In this document: piece after piece, positions 40,592 through 55,679 of the stretch
Position numbering within the stretch: position 1 is the stretch's first letter
How the letters are laid out: every line of letters begins with the position of its first letter
From: Octopus vulgaris
Lineage: Eukaryota
Length of the DNA: 64,000 nucleotides
Direction: 5' to 3'
Assembly: GCA_951406725.2 (NCBI GenBank)
Contig: OX597824.1
Location: 15,066,001-15,130,000 of the forward strand
The notes under the pieces: model-generated
What the model was told of the DNA's origin: nothing
The model's database searches: none
Seen by the model: only the letters and a program-made list of their open reading frames with translations
Position numbers and translations under genes: made by a program

Positions 40592-41244
40592 TATTGTGAT
40601 ATTTATGACTGAGAGTTGGGAAAAAATGAGTAACAAGTTTAAAGGTTTAAGAAGATTTTTAGTAACAAGGGCGCAGTCTTGCTGGCTAAGCAGAGGACTA
40701 AACAAAGAAAAATAGAGTTCCGTTTTTCTTCCGCTTAGTGACGTTTAGCTTTTGATATATTGAATATTTACTTTGAAATCGCTTCGTGTTGGCTCTCTGT
40801 CCTGTTATTTTGAGCCTGCTGTTGGTCGAATGCAATTCTAAGTTAAAGAAGATTAGGGAAAGGGGGAAACAGTTAATTTTGTCACCATGATCCATACTGG
40901 AAAAAAGATTGTTGCAAAGTTTGAGTGGACATACACGCACACATGTATTTGTATATATAAAAGGCATGATGTGTGTGTGTGTGTGTGTGTACGTGAATGT
41001 AATTTATCCACGTCCACAAATTGGCACGAATGTCGCTCCAATTTTAGGAGGACATTCGTCATGATCCTAGCTGTATTTTCGTCAACTTATTTTCACCAAA
41101 ACTTTTAACAATTTTCATGTCGGAGAAATCACCTTTCTTTGCAAACAGGAGTTAAGTACCCTTCTAGCGAAGAGCAAGTTTTCGTTAAGACTTTTGTTGT
41201 TGTTTTTTTCATCGAAGAAAAAAGTGTTTTGTTGATATACAGAC

Positions 41245-41348
<104 letters not shown>

Positions 41349-41435
41349 TGTATGCGTACAAAAAACATGTATGCAATAGGTGTACGTACGTACGTACGTT
41401 TGTGTATGTGTGTGTGTGTTGCCCATATATATATA

Positions 41436-41532
41436 TAGACCAGTGACGTTGATCTTAGTTTGGTTTGAAATAAAGAATTTGATTCGCTTAATAATCCTAA
41501 CTTAATCCCGGGCAAAGCCGGGTTATACTGCT

Positions 41533-41534
<2 letters not shown>
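41436..41534 (+). mobile_element. 3' end of a second Helitron family
   Basis: Hairpin cccgggcaaagccggg followed by ttatactgCTAG. Confidence 0.55.
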
Positions 41535-41597
<63 letters not shown>

Positions 41598-41735
41598 GTG
41601 CGTGTGTGTGTGTGTATGTGTGTTTGTGAGACTGACGAAAAAAGAGCGCGGCGTTACCAAAAGCTATGGCCGTAGTAGATCGGTTCTACCCTCAACTCCT
41701 GTCTGACGTATTTAGACAAGTCTATCTTAGCAGAG

Positions 41736-41830
41736 TAATACCGATGAGTTGTGGTAACACTTGTTCATGTAACTGAGGGTTATGTTCACAGAATTGATAC
41801 CGGCCGGTTTTATGAAACACGTGTACATTA
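41736..41830 (+). ncRNA. Decayed long-stem-II hammerhead (core CCGATGA)
   Basis: TAATA-CCGATGA-...-GAAA-CACGTG-TA-CATTA; palindromic stem III. Confidence 0.5.
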
Positions 41831-41894
41831 TTATAAAGCATGAATTCCGAATATGTTTTCTGCTTTCCTTCGTATGTTTATCTCTTTTCTCTTT

Positions 41895-42294
41895 TCTCTT
41901 TTACTTGTTTCAGTCATTTGACTGCGGCCATGCTGGAGCACCGCCTTCAGTCGAGCAAATCGACCCCGGGACCCACTCCTTGTAAGCCCAGTACTTATTC
42001 TATCGGTCTCATTTGCCGAACCGCTAAGTGACGGGGACGTAAACAAACCAGCATCGGTTGTCAAGCAATGCTAGGGAGACAAACACAGACACACAAACAC
42101 ACACACACACATACCTATATATATATACATATATACGACGGGCTTCTTTCAGTTTCCGTCTACCAAATCCACTCACAAGGCATTGGTCGGCCCGGGGCTA
42201 TAGCAGAAGACACTTGCCCAAGATGCCACGCAGTGGGACTGAACCCGGAACAATGTGGTTGGTGAGCAAGCTACTTACCACACAGCCACTCCTG
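41895..42294 (-). mobile_element. SINE family A (full length)
   Basis: Reverse-complement family A. Confidence 0.9.
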
Positions 42295-43241
42295 TATAAA
42301 TTTAATAAAATTAAATCATAGTTTTGAAGCTTATGTTGTAGAACTTAAACAGATGTATATACGTCACGGTATTCTATTCTCACTCCGAAAAAAAAATGAA
42401 GATTGCTTTGACGTGTTTCATAGTTCATTGGTCACTCAACACAATATATGTACCTCTCGTTCTTCTGTCTAAGTAAAGAACTTGTAGCATTTGCCATTTC
42501 AATCAAATACAAATCAGAATGAAGCTGAATTTCGCTGGACCAATTTGCATATAGTACGTTTGTCGGATAAATTTAATATGGTAAAACTATCGTTTTTAAA
42601 GCCGTCACTGCTGAACTTAGACAGAGAAAAATACATTTATACAATATCAAATTTGTCTAGTGATTTGGTGAGAATAAAGATGTATGCACAATGTTATAAA
42701 AACAGGAATAACAAAGGTGAGAACACTGAAACAGATCGAACAAAAGAAAAAATAGAAAAAAACCAAAAAAAAAAACGAAATAAGATATGTGATAAAAAAG
42801 CAAAAATTTCAAGAAAAAAAACGTTGTTTGCACCCAATATCAGGTACAGGGATAAAGTTCTAATTAAGGTAAAATAACAATTAAGAGAACATGGTAGTGA
42901 TAATGAGAATGGGAGGAAGCCAAAAGAAAAAAAAATGGAAAAATGGGGAAAAAGGCAAATCAAATATAGAAAAGTAGAAAATATATAGAAAACGTAATAA
43001 AATGGAAAGTAATATCTGAAATTAAACAGAGAATGAGAATGGGAATAAAAAAAAAACGAACAGGTGTAAGTGTGGCGTGGTTGAAGTGAAAGAGTATGCA
43101 GTGAGGTGGTGTGGTGCTTTATGGTCTTTGGTAGTGGTGGTGTCGGTGGTGTTTTGTGGCGGTTGTGGTGGGTAGACACACACACACACTCACACACATG
43201 TGCAAAGGTACATATATAAACACACACATATATATATATAT

Positions 43242-43309
<68 letters not shown>

Positions 43310-43655
43310 AGAGAGAAAAGTAGAGATGTCGATAGAAATATAGGCAGATTGAGAGATACGTCAAAGGACAGACAGCCAGATCGTGTTTACAGACAGAGAG
43401 ATAGCCTGAGAGACGGAAGGATACACACACACACACACACACACGTGCACACATACACACACACACACAAACACATACACACTCACGCGCGCACGCGCAC
43501 ACACACAATATAATGCAGTTCCAATTTACATATATACACACACGTACATATATATACATTTATACATATATATTCATAAGGGTAAATAATATGTAGATAA
43601 ATGCGTATGCTTATATATGAATATATAGCTACATAGGTATGTATGCGCACATGTG

Positions 43656-43725
<70 letters not shown>

Positions 43726-44456
43726 CATGCACATAAATATTGATTTATATGTATATGTATGTATGTATGTAGGTAGGTATATATGTATGTATGTATGCAT
43801 TTATGTATGTATGTATGTATGTGTGTGTGTATGTATGTATGTATGTATGTGTGTATGCATGCATGTATGTATGTATGTACGTATGTATGTATGTATGTAT
43901 GCATGTCTGTATGTATGCATATATGTATGCATGTCTGTATGTATGCATATACGTATGTATGTATGTATGTATGCATATATGTATGTATGTATGTCGTATG
44001 TATGTATATATGTATGTATGCATGTACGTGTGTATGTGTGTATGTATGCATGCGTGCATGTATGTATGTATGTATGTATGTATGCATGCATGTATGTGTG
44101 TATGTATGTATGTATGAATGCATGTATGTATGCATGTATGTGTGTGTGTATGTAGGTATGTATGTATTAATATAGAAAGCGAAAGTAAAATTGTGGAAAC
44201 AGAATGAATTGAGAGATGATAATAAAAAGTTGATGAGAAGAATTAGTAAGAAGAAAGGTGATAAAAAAAAGAAGAAAAAACATGGCGGAGATGGGGAGGC
44301 TGTCGAAGAATAAGAATACAGACTCGGATCCATTCCGTTGCTGCTACAAAACACCAAGGAGTAAAGTTTCACATTCATTAACTGTAGGGAAAGTTCATGT
44401 CAAATGCCTGAGTATTTAATTTTAATTAAAACATTGCTTTCCGGAACGAGAACTGA

Positions 44457-44518
44457 AATAATAATAATAATAATCATGATAATAATGATGATAATAATAA
44501 TAATAATAATAATAATGG

Positions 44519-44582
<64 letters not shown>

Positions 44583-44590
44583 TGGCGATG

Positions 44591-44630
<40 letters not shown>

Positions 44631-44657
44631 TAACAACAACAACAATAATAATAATGG

Positions 44658-44700
<43 letters not shown>

Positions 44701-44710
44701 TGACGACGAC

Positions 44711-44772
<62 letters not shown>

Positions 44773-44810
44773 CAACAATAATAATAATAATAATATGTAA
44801 TAATAATAAT

Positions 44811-44900
<90 letters not shown>
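44457..44900. repeat. (AAT)n microsatellite
   Basis: Long imperfect aat run. Confidence 0.95.
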
Positions 44901-44903
<3 letters not shown>

Positions 44904-45280
44904 GAAAAAAAATTAATTAAAAAACAAAAGAAGAAAGAAATTAACAATGCTGAAGCGAATATAAACAAAACATAGAAATAATGAATTAAAGAAAAAAAAA
45001 AGAAGGAAAAAAAAAAGACAAAAAGAAAAAAAAGGGTGGAAGTAAAGAATCTAAACTATCAAAGAATTCCAATTTATTTGGAAACATTCTAGACGATTCT
45101 AAATGGAATTATCTAACCAGGCATTTTTCATCTTGTTTTCTATTGTTGTTGTTTTTTTTTCGTACTGAATTCTACAAGGTTGCTGTTTGTTGACTTATCT
45201 GGGATCGGCTGTTGTTGTAGATACATTACACGGGTGCACATTATATATATATATATATATATATACATACACACACATAT

Positions 45281-45322
<42 letters not shown>

Positions 45323-45357
45323 GTATATATATAATTATATACATATATATATATATG

Positions 45358-45389
<32 letters not shown>

Positions 45390-45967
45390 TAAATAATTGC
45401 ATACGTATGTGCATAAATGCATATTTATATATGCATTAAAGATATGTAGAATATATATATGATACACACAAACATATACATATGCGTGTGTATATATATA
45501 TATATATATATACACATATATATATATATATGTATGTGTGTATTTATGTATGTGTGTGTGAGAGAGAGAGAGTGTATGTAAATAGAAAGAAATGTAGAGT
45601 GAAAGATATGTGAATGTATATATGAGTATATATATATACATGTATTATATGTATGTATGAGGGAAAACAAAGGAGTTAAAAAGTAGCCAGAGAGAAGGGC
45701 AGAGAGCAAGATGCAGAGTGAGGGTGGTTGACGCAGGAGAATGACACTCCTCCCCCTCTCTCTCTTTGTCTATACATACATACACACTCACACAGACAGA
45801 CAGACAGACACGCACACGTATCTAACATAATAAATGCGAAAACTAATTTCTGTGTATCAGTGTGTCACACTTTGACCCCCCACCTCCTCTCTCGCTATTC
45901 AATGATACTTCCTCATGCTGGGGTTGAGAGCAATAGTAGGCATAGAGACGGTGTGGGCGGTGGCGAA

Positions 45968-46000
<33 letters not shown>

Positions 46001-46114
46001 GGAGAAAGAGGGAGAAAAAGAGAGACAAAGAAATTTAGGGAGATTTGATGATGTTTAATTAAAAGTGGTAGTGTTGATGGTGGCAATGAGAGTAATAATT
46101 TAGAGAGAGAGAGA

Positions 46115-46167
<53 letters not shown>

Positions 46168-46627
46168 CGAGAGAGACAGAGACAGAGAGAGAGAGGGTAT
46201 GTGAGAGAAAGAGGGAGATGATGTACAACTTTCCGGACAGAAATTCCTGTGGTCATCATACTGAACCAACTGCTGAACACTATGATTTCTGTTTTATTTT
46301 TGGGCTTTCTTTAATAAGTATATTTATATATAAATGAAAATGTGTTGCTCTAAAATGCACCTAAATTTCAAAAACTCGTAAATGTTTAAAATATATTTAT
46401 TTACATATATACTAAAGTAGTTTCAACAATATTTTTTGTTTATCAATGGTAAAAGTGTAAAATTAGAAAAACATTGTTATAAGTTTCAATGTTGATAAAT
46501 CAAAATATTTCAATGTTGATAAATTAATATGTTCAAAACAGAAGGTGTAAGTTTGAATGTTCATAGCAGTCAATAAAATTAAAACTGTATATCAATTTGT
46601 TTCAAACAACTACGCCATATGCCAATA

Positions 46628-46920
46628 GGCATATGGCATAGTGGTTAAGAGCACGGGCTACTAACCTTAAGATTCTGAGTTCGATTACAAGCAGTGACCT
46701 GAATAATAATAATAATGATGATGATGATAACAACAACAACAACAACAACATCGAAAAATACCTTAGGAATGAGAACTCAGGTTCGAAATTTTCCCAAGAT
46801 ACCTGATGAAGGCTGGAGAGTATATCAGCCGAAACGTTGTGTTAACAGCAAACAAGATGAGGATAAATATCCGTCAAATGTAAATAATCTACATAATTCC
46901 TCATCTCTGAAATGTAGAAT
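46628..46920 (+). mobile_element. tRNA-like head + (AAT/AAC)n + hammerhead module (copy 2)
   Basis: A box tggcatagtgg, anticodon-like loop ctactaa, B-box-like gagttcgattac; co-linear with 1284-1525. Confidence 0.85.
46798..46843 (+). ncRNA. Minimal hammerhead ribozyme, intact core
   Basis: GATAC-CTGATGA-A-GGCTG..CAGCC-GAAA-CG-TT-GTGTT; stem III is the palindrome ACGU, which can only form in a dimer. Confidence 0.8.
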
Positions 46921-46954
46921 TGTATTATTCTGTGTATGCTCAGTACTTATTCGT

Positions 46955-47330
46955 GGAGGTGCAATGGCCCAGTGGCTAGGGCAGCGGACTCGCGATCGTA
47001 GGATCGCGGTTTCGATTCCCAGACCGGGCGTTATGAATGTTTATTGAGCGAAAGCACTTAAAGCTCCACAAGGCCCCGGCATGAGGTGGTGGTGATCCCT
47101 GCTGTACTCTTTCACCACAACTTTCTCTCACTCTTTCTTTTTGTTTCTGTTGTATCTGTATTTCAAAGGGCCAGCGTTGCCACACTCTTTGTCACGCTGA
47201 ATCTCCCCGAGAACTTCGTTAAGGGGACACATGTCTGTGGAATGCTCAGCCACTTGCACGTCAATTTCACGAGCAGGCTGTTCCATTGATCGGATCAGCT
47301 GGGACCATCGTCGTCGTAACCGACGGAGTA
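46955..47330 (+). mobile_element. tRNA-derived SINE: family-V-like head with a different tail
   Basis: Head resembles 14567; tail 47170-47330 resembles 57900-58065. Confidence 0.75.
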
Positions 47331-47332
47331 CA

Positions 47333-47437
47333 TATTCTATCGGTCTCTTTTGCCGAACCGCTAAGTGACGGGGGACGTAAACATACCAACATCGGTTGTC
47401 AAGTGCTGGTGGCGGATGGACAAATACAGACACACAA

Positions 47438-47509
<72 letters not shown>

Positions 47510-47672
47510 GACGGGCTTCTTTCAGTTTCTGTCTATCAAATCCACTCACAAGACTATGGCCGGCCCGAGGCTGTAGTAGAAGACATTTGCCCAAGGTGCC
47601 ACGCAGTGGGACTGAACCTGGAACCATGTCGTTGGGAAGCAAGTTTCTTACCACACAGCCACTCCTGCGCCT
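47333..47672 (-). mobile_element. SINE family A (3' truncated)
   Basis: Reverse-complement family A. Confidence 0.85.
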
Positions 47673-47744
47673 GTACAACTATTTTCTAAATCGTCTGATG
47701 CCATTGGCAACTGCCTGTCAATCATTTAATTTATTCTCCTATAA

Positions 47745-47945
47745 TCATTTCTACTAAAGGCACATTCTACTAAATTTTGGGGGCATGGTCTAGTCGATTA
47801 CATCGGCGCCAGTATTCAACTGGTACTTAATTTATCGACCCCGAAAAGACTAAAGGCAAAGTGGACCGCAGTGGAATCTGAAACCCGAACGTAAAGACGG
47901 AGGAATTGCCGCTAAGCATTTTGCCTGGCGTGCTAACGATTCTGT
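47745..47945 (-). mobile_element. SINE family B, diverged
   Basis: tggtacttaatttatcgaccccgaaa...aaaggcaaagt core. Confidence 0.75.
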
Positions 47946-48218
47946 CTTTTTGTTTTATTGTACTATACTATCACGCATAAATATACGTCTATCTATCTCT
48001 GTCTCTCTGTCTCTCTGTCTTTCTGTCTTTCTCTCTCTTTTTCGCTTTCTCTATCTTTATATACATGCATCCATATATATAGATATATATACCTCTAGCT
48101 GAGAGATTTAATATAGCTTATTTCTCCTTTTTCAAGATCAGCGACAGTTTGTCGCTGGAAAAAGTATATAGAATTTTGCGTGTGGAATGTGTTTTTACCG
48201 CTAGCTGGTGATCGTCAA

Positions 48219-48257
48219 ACACGGAAGACGGGTAACTACCCAGAAACCCGGGTCTGT
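48219..48257 (+). ncRNA. Minimal hammerhead motif (core CGGAAGA, U4>G)
   Basis: ACA-CGGAAGA-C-GGGTA/TACCC-A-GAAA-CCCGGG-TC-TGT, inside an insert of about 330 bp between TA-rich tracts. Confidence 0.6.
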
Positions 48258-48497
48258 GTGTATCACGTAAGTCTAGAGATGGGAGCAATGACCTCTCCTC
48301 GCAAATACTAATCGGTCACAGACAGTATATCGTTCGCCAGCTGGAGCAGATGTCTTTCTGGGTCTAAAAACAACAGTAACATTGACCTCTATGGGACCGC
48401 CACATTTAGATGGCAAATATATTTTACGATATATATATATATATATAAATCCCCAAAATGGAACGAGACCGCGACAGACGACAACATAACATCCAGG

Positions 48498-48553
<56 letters not shown>

Positions 48554-48798
48554 CATAAATATAATATGCATACTAATATGTACACATACACATGCACACA
48601 CACATACACACATATATATATATACATACATACACACACATATATGTATGTAAATATAAGCATATATACACACATACATACATATATACGTATAGTCATA
48701 TATACATATATATATACATATTTATATATATATATACATACATATATATATATATATATACATACATATATATATACACACATATATATATATATATG

Positions 48799-48884
<86 letters not shown>

Positions 48885-49854
48885 GATAGATAGATAGACA
48901 GACAGATACAATTATGTATGCATATATACACATAAGTACATGCACAGATACATATATTCATTATGCCTGTTCGTGTTGCTAATTTCAACGAATCTTAAGT
49001 ATGTTTCCGGATTTTCGTGTCTTCCTCTTAAAGTAATGATGTGTTTTGCTCTGATCTGACAGAATAAAATTATACTTTCGATGATCAAACATACACACGC
49101 ACACATATATACACTCACGTGCACAAAATACACAATAAATTAGGGAACTACAAAAGAAATTTAAAAAAGAATTATAGAAATGGAAGCCAAAAAACACTAG
49201 AAAAAAAACAAAAACGTTAAATGAAAATAAAACACAAGACAAAACAAAACCTCAGCACCTAAACATTATTAAATGAAAATCTTTCTTAATTTAACCAGCG
49301 ACGTAACCAAGACGGGAAAAATTATTCGTTTATTTGCTAAGTAGAGCCATTTTGGTCTAACGTATTTATTTAGAAAATCTCTCCCAAACTCTTACCAAAT
49401 TCTAAACGCTACTTCACATTTTGTAATGTCGTTGCTCTTCTAATTTTCTCCTGAAGATCTTCAATTCTTTAATTCTAAGTCAATTTCAACGTTCATAGTT
49501 AAATTAGTTGGAAAAGTAATTAAGATATATATGTTTTTTTTTGTTTATTTTTTTTTATAATTATTCTTCTGATTTTTTTTGTAAAACATGTTTTTATTTA
49601 TTCTTTTCCCTTACTTTCCACAAGAAATTATTATAACAGAGTTTATCGTCAGTAAGTTTTCATTTTCGCAAACTTTGTTTCGGAATTTTGTATGCTAAAA
49701 AAACAGAAAAAAAAAAGAAATTAAGACTTACTTCAGTATATTTTTGGTAATTTCTAAAGTTTTTTGAAGGGTGTGTATGTGTGTAAGGGGGGAGGAGTAC
49801 ATTACATAAATTGAAATTCTATAACCATTGCCAGTCCAATTGATTTCATTATCA

Positions 49855-49957
<103 letters not shown>

Positions 49958-49972
49958 GTATATATATGTATG

Positions 49973-50020
<48 letters not shown>

Positions 50021-50222
50021 ATACACATATATACATATACATATACATATACTACGAAACGTGGAGTAGTTGAAAGTTGAAGTTCGTTTATATGTTTTTG
50101 TTTTTATGTTTTCATTTCTCATTGTGTTCAACGTTTTTTCGATGTCCTGTACCCATATATGCATGTGTATATACATATATATGTAGGTATATATATATAT
50201 GTAGGTATATATGCATATATTA

Positions 50223-50363
<141 letters not shown>

Positions 50364-50379
50364 TAGATAGATATATACT

Positions 50380-50790
50380 TACTGTGTGGTAAGAAGCTTG
50401 CTTCCTAGCCACTTGGTTGCAGGTTCAGTCCACTGCATGGCACCTCGGGCAAGTATCTACTGCTATAGCCTCGGGTCGACCAAAGCCTTGTGAGTGGATT
50501 TGGTAGACGGAAACTGAAAGAAGTCCGTCGTATGTGTGTATGTATATATATATATATATATTTATATATATGTATTTATTATTTGTGTCTGTATCTGTCC
50601 TTCCACCATCGCTTGACAACCGATGTTGGCATGTTTATATCCCCGTGATCTAGCGGTTCGGCAAAAAGAGACGGATAGAATAAGCAATACGCTTATAAAG
50701 AATAAGTCCTGGGGTCGATTTGCTCGACTAAAAGGGCGGTGCTCCAGCATGGCCGCTGTCAAATGACTGAAACAAGTAAAAGAATAAAAG
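50380..50790 (+). mobile_element. SINE family A
   Basis: Family-A sequence, tail-to-tail with the next copy. Confidence 0.9.
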
Positions 50791-50834
50791 AATATATATA
50801 CGTATGTATGCATGCATGTATGTATGTATATCTC

Positions 50835-51056
50835 TTTTACTCTTTACTCTTTTACTTGTTTCAGTCATTTGACTGTGGCCATGCTGGAGCACCGCCTTTA
50901 ATCGAGCACCTGGACCCCGGCACTTATTCTTTGTAAGCCCAGTACTTATTCTATCGGTCTGTTTTGGCGGACCGCTAAGTGACGGGAACATAAACACACC
51001 AGCATCGGTTCTCAAGCAATGGTAGGGGGACATACACAGACACACAAACACACACA

Positions 51057-51097
<41 letters not shown>

Positions 51098-51255
51098 GAC
51101 GGGCTTCTTTCAGTTTCTGTCTACCAAATCCACTCACAAGGCTTTAGTCAGCCCGAGACTATAGTAGAAGACACTTGCCCAAGGTGCCACGCAGTGGGAC
51201 TGAACCCAGAACCATGTGGTTGGTAAACAAGCTACTTACCACACAGCCACTCCTA
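50835..51255 (-). mobile_element. SINE family A
   Basis: Reverse-complement family A. Confidence 0.9.
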
Positions 51256-51379
51256 TGTATGTATGTATGTATGTATGTATGTATGTATGTATGTATGTAT
51301 GTATGTATGTATGTGTTTATGTATGTATAAGGTAAATTCCAGCTGTGTTCTCTGGAAGCACAACTTATTCCAGCATCAC

Positions 51380-51945
51380 TGAGCAAGATCTTTGTCAGCC
51401 ACTCTCCAGCTATCTATTTAAAATTGTGTTCGACAATGGTATGTCTACACTTGGAATTTGCATCACCAGTCTGGAACTCCTCTCTTGCTCAGCATATAAA
51501 TCTCCTGGAAACTGTTCAGAAATGTGCAACAAAGCGAATACCCGCCGTCAGACATCTACCATACTCTGAACGTCTTGCATTCCCGGGCATGGATACATTG
51601 AAGCCCAGACGTCTGGCAAGTGACTTGATTGACACCCACAAGATTATCCGCCATATTTCCAACAACAACCTTGGGTACCTTTTTGAATTCCATATGACAA
51701 ACACTCACGGACATGCTTATAAAATCAAAAAACAACATACCACCCATGACTTTCGGAAACAATTCTTTATGCTCAGAATTGCAGAAGCATGGAATAAACC
51801 ACCTGCATCAGTTGTTAGCTGTCAATACACTACATCCTTCAAAACTTCCATGTGTCCTGAAACCGCCAACACCTGATGGCCATTTTTTTCTTTTTAGTTG
51901 TAGTGCACCTGAGCACCGTATACAACAATTTCCTTTATCATTATA
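51380..51945 (+). pseudogene. CR1 LINE 3' fragment (older copy)
   Basis: HLEFASPVWNS...INLLETVQKCATKRIPAVRHLPYSERL...FFMLRIAEAWNKPP. Confidence 0.85.
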
Positions 51946-52341
51946 TTTGTGTGTTTGTTGAGTTTCTGTGCAGTATTTTATGTCTGTTAGTCAATGTAAT
52001 GTCACACACTCACTTCTGTTCCCACTGAGTGGTACCCTACGCAGTGGGTGCAAGACTGTCTCTCTTTTCTATCTATTTCTCTTCCTTCTCCTCTCCCCTC
52101 TATCTACCTCTCTACCTATCTGCTGCTTTTCTCTCTTTACTGCCTTCCATTTCTTCCTCTGTCCATCTCTGTCAACTACCTACTGTCTATCTTTATTCCC
52201 TTATTTCTCCGCACTCTCTCTTTCTTCCTACTTGCTCTTCCCTAACCTTCTCTACTCTCTTCCTTCACTTTTTTGGTACAAAAAGACAATCCAATTTTTT
52301 GTCACGCATCGTTTTTCTACTTGACCAGTGCGTAGGTAAGA

Positions 52342-52522
52342 CATCATCGTTTAATGTCCATTTTCCATGCTGGAATAGGTTGAATGGTTCGACTAGGGCC
52401 TGGGAAGCTGCACCAGGCTCCAGTCTGATCTGGCAGTGTTTCTACAGCTGGATGCCCTTCCTAACGCCAACCACTCTGAGAATGTAGTGGGTGCTGTTTT
52501 TACGTGTCATCGGCACAGGGGC
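52342..52522 (-). mobile_element. SINE fragment with Nin/Deu-like central domain (related tail at 33565-33675)
   Basis: Minus strand ggttggcgttaggaagggcatccagctgtag; tail gcatggaaaatggacattaaacgatgatg. Confidence 0.65.
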
Positions 52523-52829
52523 CAATTTCCTGCCTAGTACTCATTTCAGATCCCCAGTTTATCTTTTCAATTTTTTCATTCTTTTCTTTCCTTCTAACTT
52601 CCTTCCCTCTACCCCATCTCTCTATCCTTCTCCTGAGCCTTCTCATTGTACCTTTGGAACACAAGCACCACTATTTTCTTCCTTTTTTTTTGTTAGTTTT
52701 TGTCATGTAGTGTCCCACATTTTGAAATACTTGCAATTTGTATTTTTACTGCTTATTTTAGCTCTGCTTGATACATTTCCAAAATTAAACATTTTAATAT
52801 GCAAAACATACATCACATTATTATATATA

Positions 52830-53330
52830 CTATGCATTAATGCAAAAAATATTGTGTTTATTGGCTATCTTCAAAATGATCACACCATCAATGGAAAATT
52901 TCAATACCAACTTCCTAAGGCAGTTATGAAAGGCTATCAAGACCAAACACCCAGAAAAACTGATGAATGGGGTCTTGTTTCATTAGGACAATGCTTCAGC
53001 ACACAAGTCCTTGGTTTCAATGGCTGCTGTGTATGACTGGCTTTGAACTGGTTGATCATCCTCCCTATGTTAGTGATTTGGTTCCTTCTGGTTATCTGTT
53101 TCCCAACATAGAAAAACACTCAGCTGAGCACCAGTATCACTATGATGAGAACATCTTATCTGTCGTTGATGACCATTTTGATCAACAGAAAAGCTTCTTC
53201 ACCAGTGCGACCCAAGCATTGCAACTACTAATAGAAATATGTGGACAGTAAGAGGAACTATGTTAGAAAATGAACTTCATTTGGTCACATTCCATTGAGA
53301 GTGTCTTGCTCAGATTAGGAACATTTCATA
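52830..53330 (+). pseudogene. Mariner transposase C-terminal remnant
   Basis: GFELVDHPPYVSDLVPSGYLFPNIEKH...YDENILSVVDDHF..Q.SFFTSATQAL, a degenerate HPPYSPDLAPSD motif. Confidence 0.8.
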
Positions 53331-53507
53331 ATAAAAAATTATTATTACACCTGCATTTGTTTTAATGTTAACATTGGAAAAATCTACATTTTATTACACC
53401 TGCATTTGTTTTAATGTTAACATTGGAAAAATCTACATTTTTCATAAGAAAAATTAGGACCTGGGTTTGCACCCACTTAGCAAATTTTGTTGCTGGACCA
53501 CTAATTA

Positions 53508-53582
<75 letters not shown>

Positions 53583-53950
53583 TATGTATGTAGTTCTCTC
53601 TCTCTCTCTCTAGACACACACACGCATATCTTATACCTACACATGTACAAACATACTTCTTACACACACATACACGTGTATGTGTATGTGTGTGTGTATA
53701 AACATACATATATATATGTCTGTGTGTGCGTGTGTGTATACACACACACACACTCGTGCACACACACACACACACGCACACACACGTGTATCTTATGTAT
53801 CCATATGCTGTAGCGCCTTGAACTTGTCTCTCTCTCTCTCTGCCTCTCAAGAAAGTCACGTAACTTTTTCTAATTGATTTCACCAGCAAAGAAAACCAGA
53901 TTAGATTAATTCAATACAATAATGAAACAATACAATTAGACTCTAAAAGT

Positions 53951-54645
<695 letters not shown>

Positions 54646-55679
54646 AAGTGTGGATGACAGTTATCACACTCACAAGTACAGGGAAGCCTCAAAGTGGTTG
54701 CCCGATTTTCTAGAAATAACAGCAAAGTCCATTCAGATTGTACTTTGGAGTCCTAAACAGGAAGGATATAATTTTAAATATACCGTACCCGAAAATAAGA
54801 CGAAATGGTCATGATTGGAACGCCAAACCTTGATTATAAGTGTCTGCACGAGCAGGGCAAACTTGGGGCTAAGCCACAACTGTACACCAAACATGGGTAG
54901 CCCTTGTCGAGAAGCGGGCCGCACTACTAAAAAAAAAAGCTCTGAGTAATTTTTCGTTATGAGTGTCATTCAGAAAGTCCCGCGGGCCGCAGGTTGACCA
55001 TACCTGCTCTACACTGTCGCTTGCTATACTAGAAACTGCAGCTTAATTTCCTCTTAAGTCAGACCTTGTCGTCCCGAAAATAGAAAGGACAGATCAGGTG
55101 AGATAGTCCTTGATGACTTTAAAAAAGGCGAGACGGTCACTGCTGTATTTGTCGTTGATCATTGATGCCGGCTCAAATTGAGCCGGGATTAAAATTAACA
55201 CGCAGGTTTAATGTGTGATAGACTGGCTGAGCTTGATGCTTATTCATTGTTGACGCTTATTCATTAATTCATGACATTTCTTCCTCCTTGTCATCTAAAT
55301 CATCGCCCTCCTCCTCCCCTCCTCCTTCTTCGTTCTCTTTTCCCCTTTCTCCTTCCCTCCCGTCTTTCTCTTTTCCTTCCTCCTCCTCATCTCCCTCCCC
55401 TCCTTTCCTTCCTCTATCCCTCTCCCTCCCCTCCTCCTTTCCATCCGCCTCTGTTCCCTCCTCCTCCTTCCACCTCCTCCTTCTCCTCCTCCTTCCACCT
55501 CCTCCTTCTCCTCCTCCTTCCACCTCCTCCTTCTCCTCCTCCTTCCACCTCCTCCTTCTCCTCCTCTTCCTCCTCTTCCTCCTCTTCCTCCTACTTTCCT
55601 CCTCTTCCACCTCCTCCTCCTCTTACTACTACTTTCCTTCTCTTCCACTTCCACCTCCTCCTCCTCCTAACGTTTCTTA

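Noticed and set aside
53343-53440. 48-bp tandem duplication
   Set aside because: Ordinary local slippage with no further structure.
54886-55006. Possible hAT MITE (gcgggccgca motifs, ggttgaccatacctg end)
   Set aside because: The left terminus is too degraded and no TSD is identifiable.
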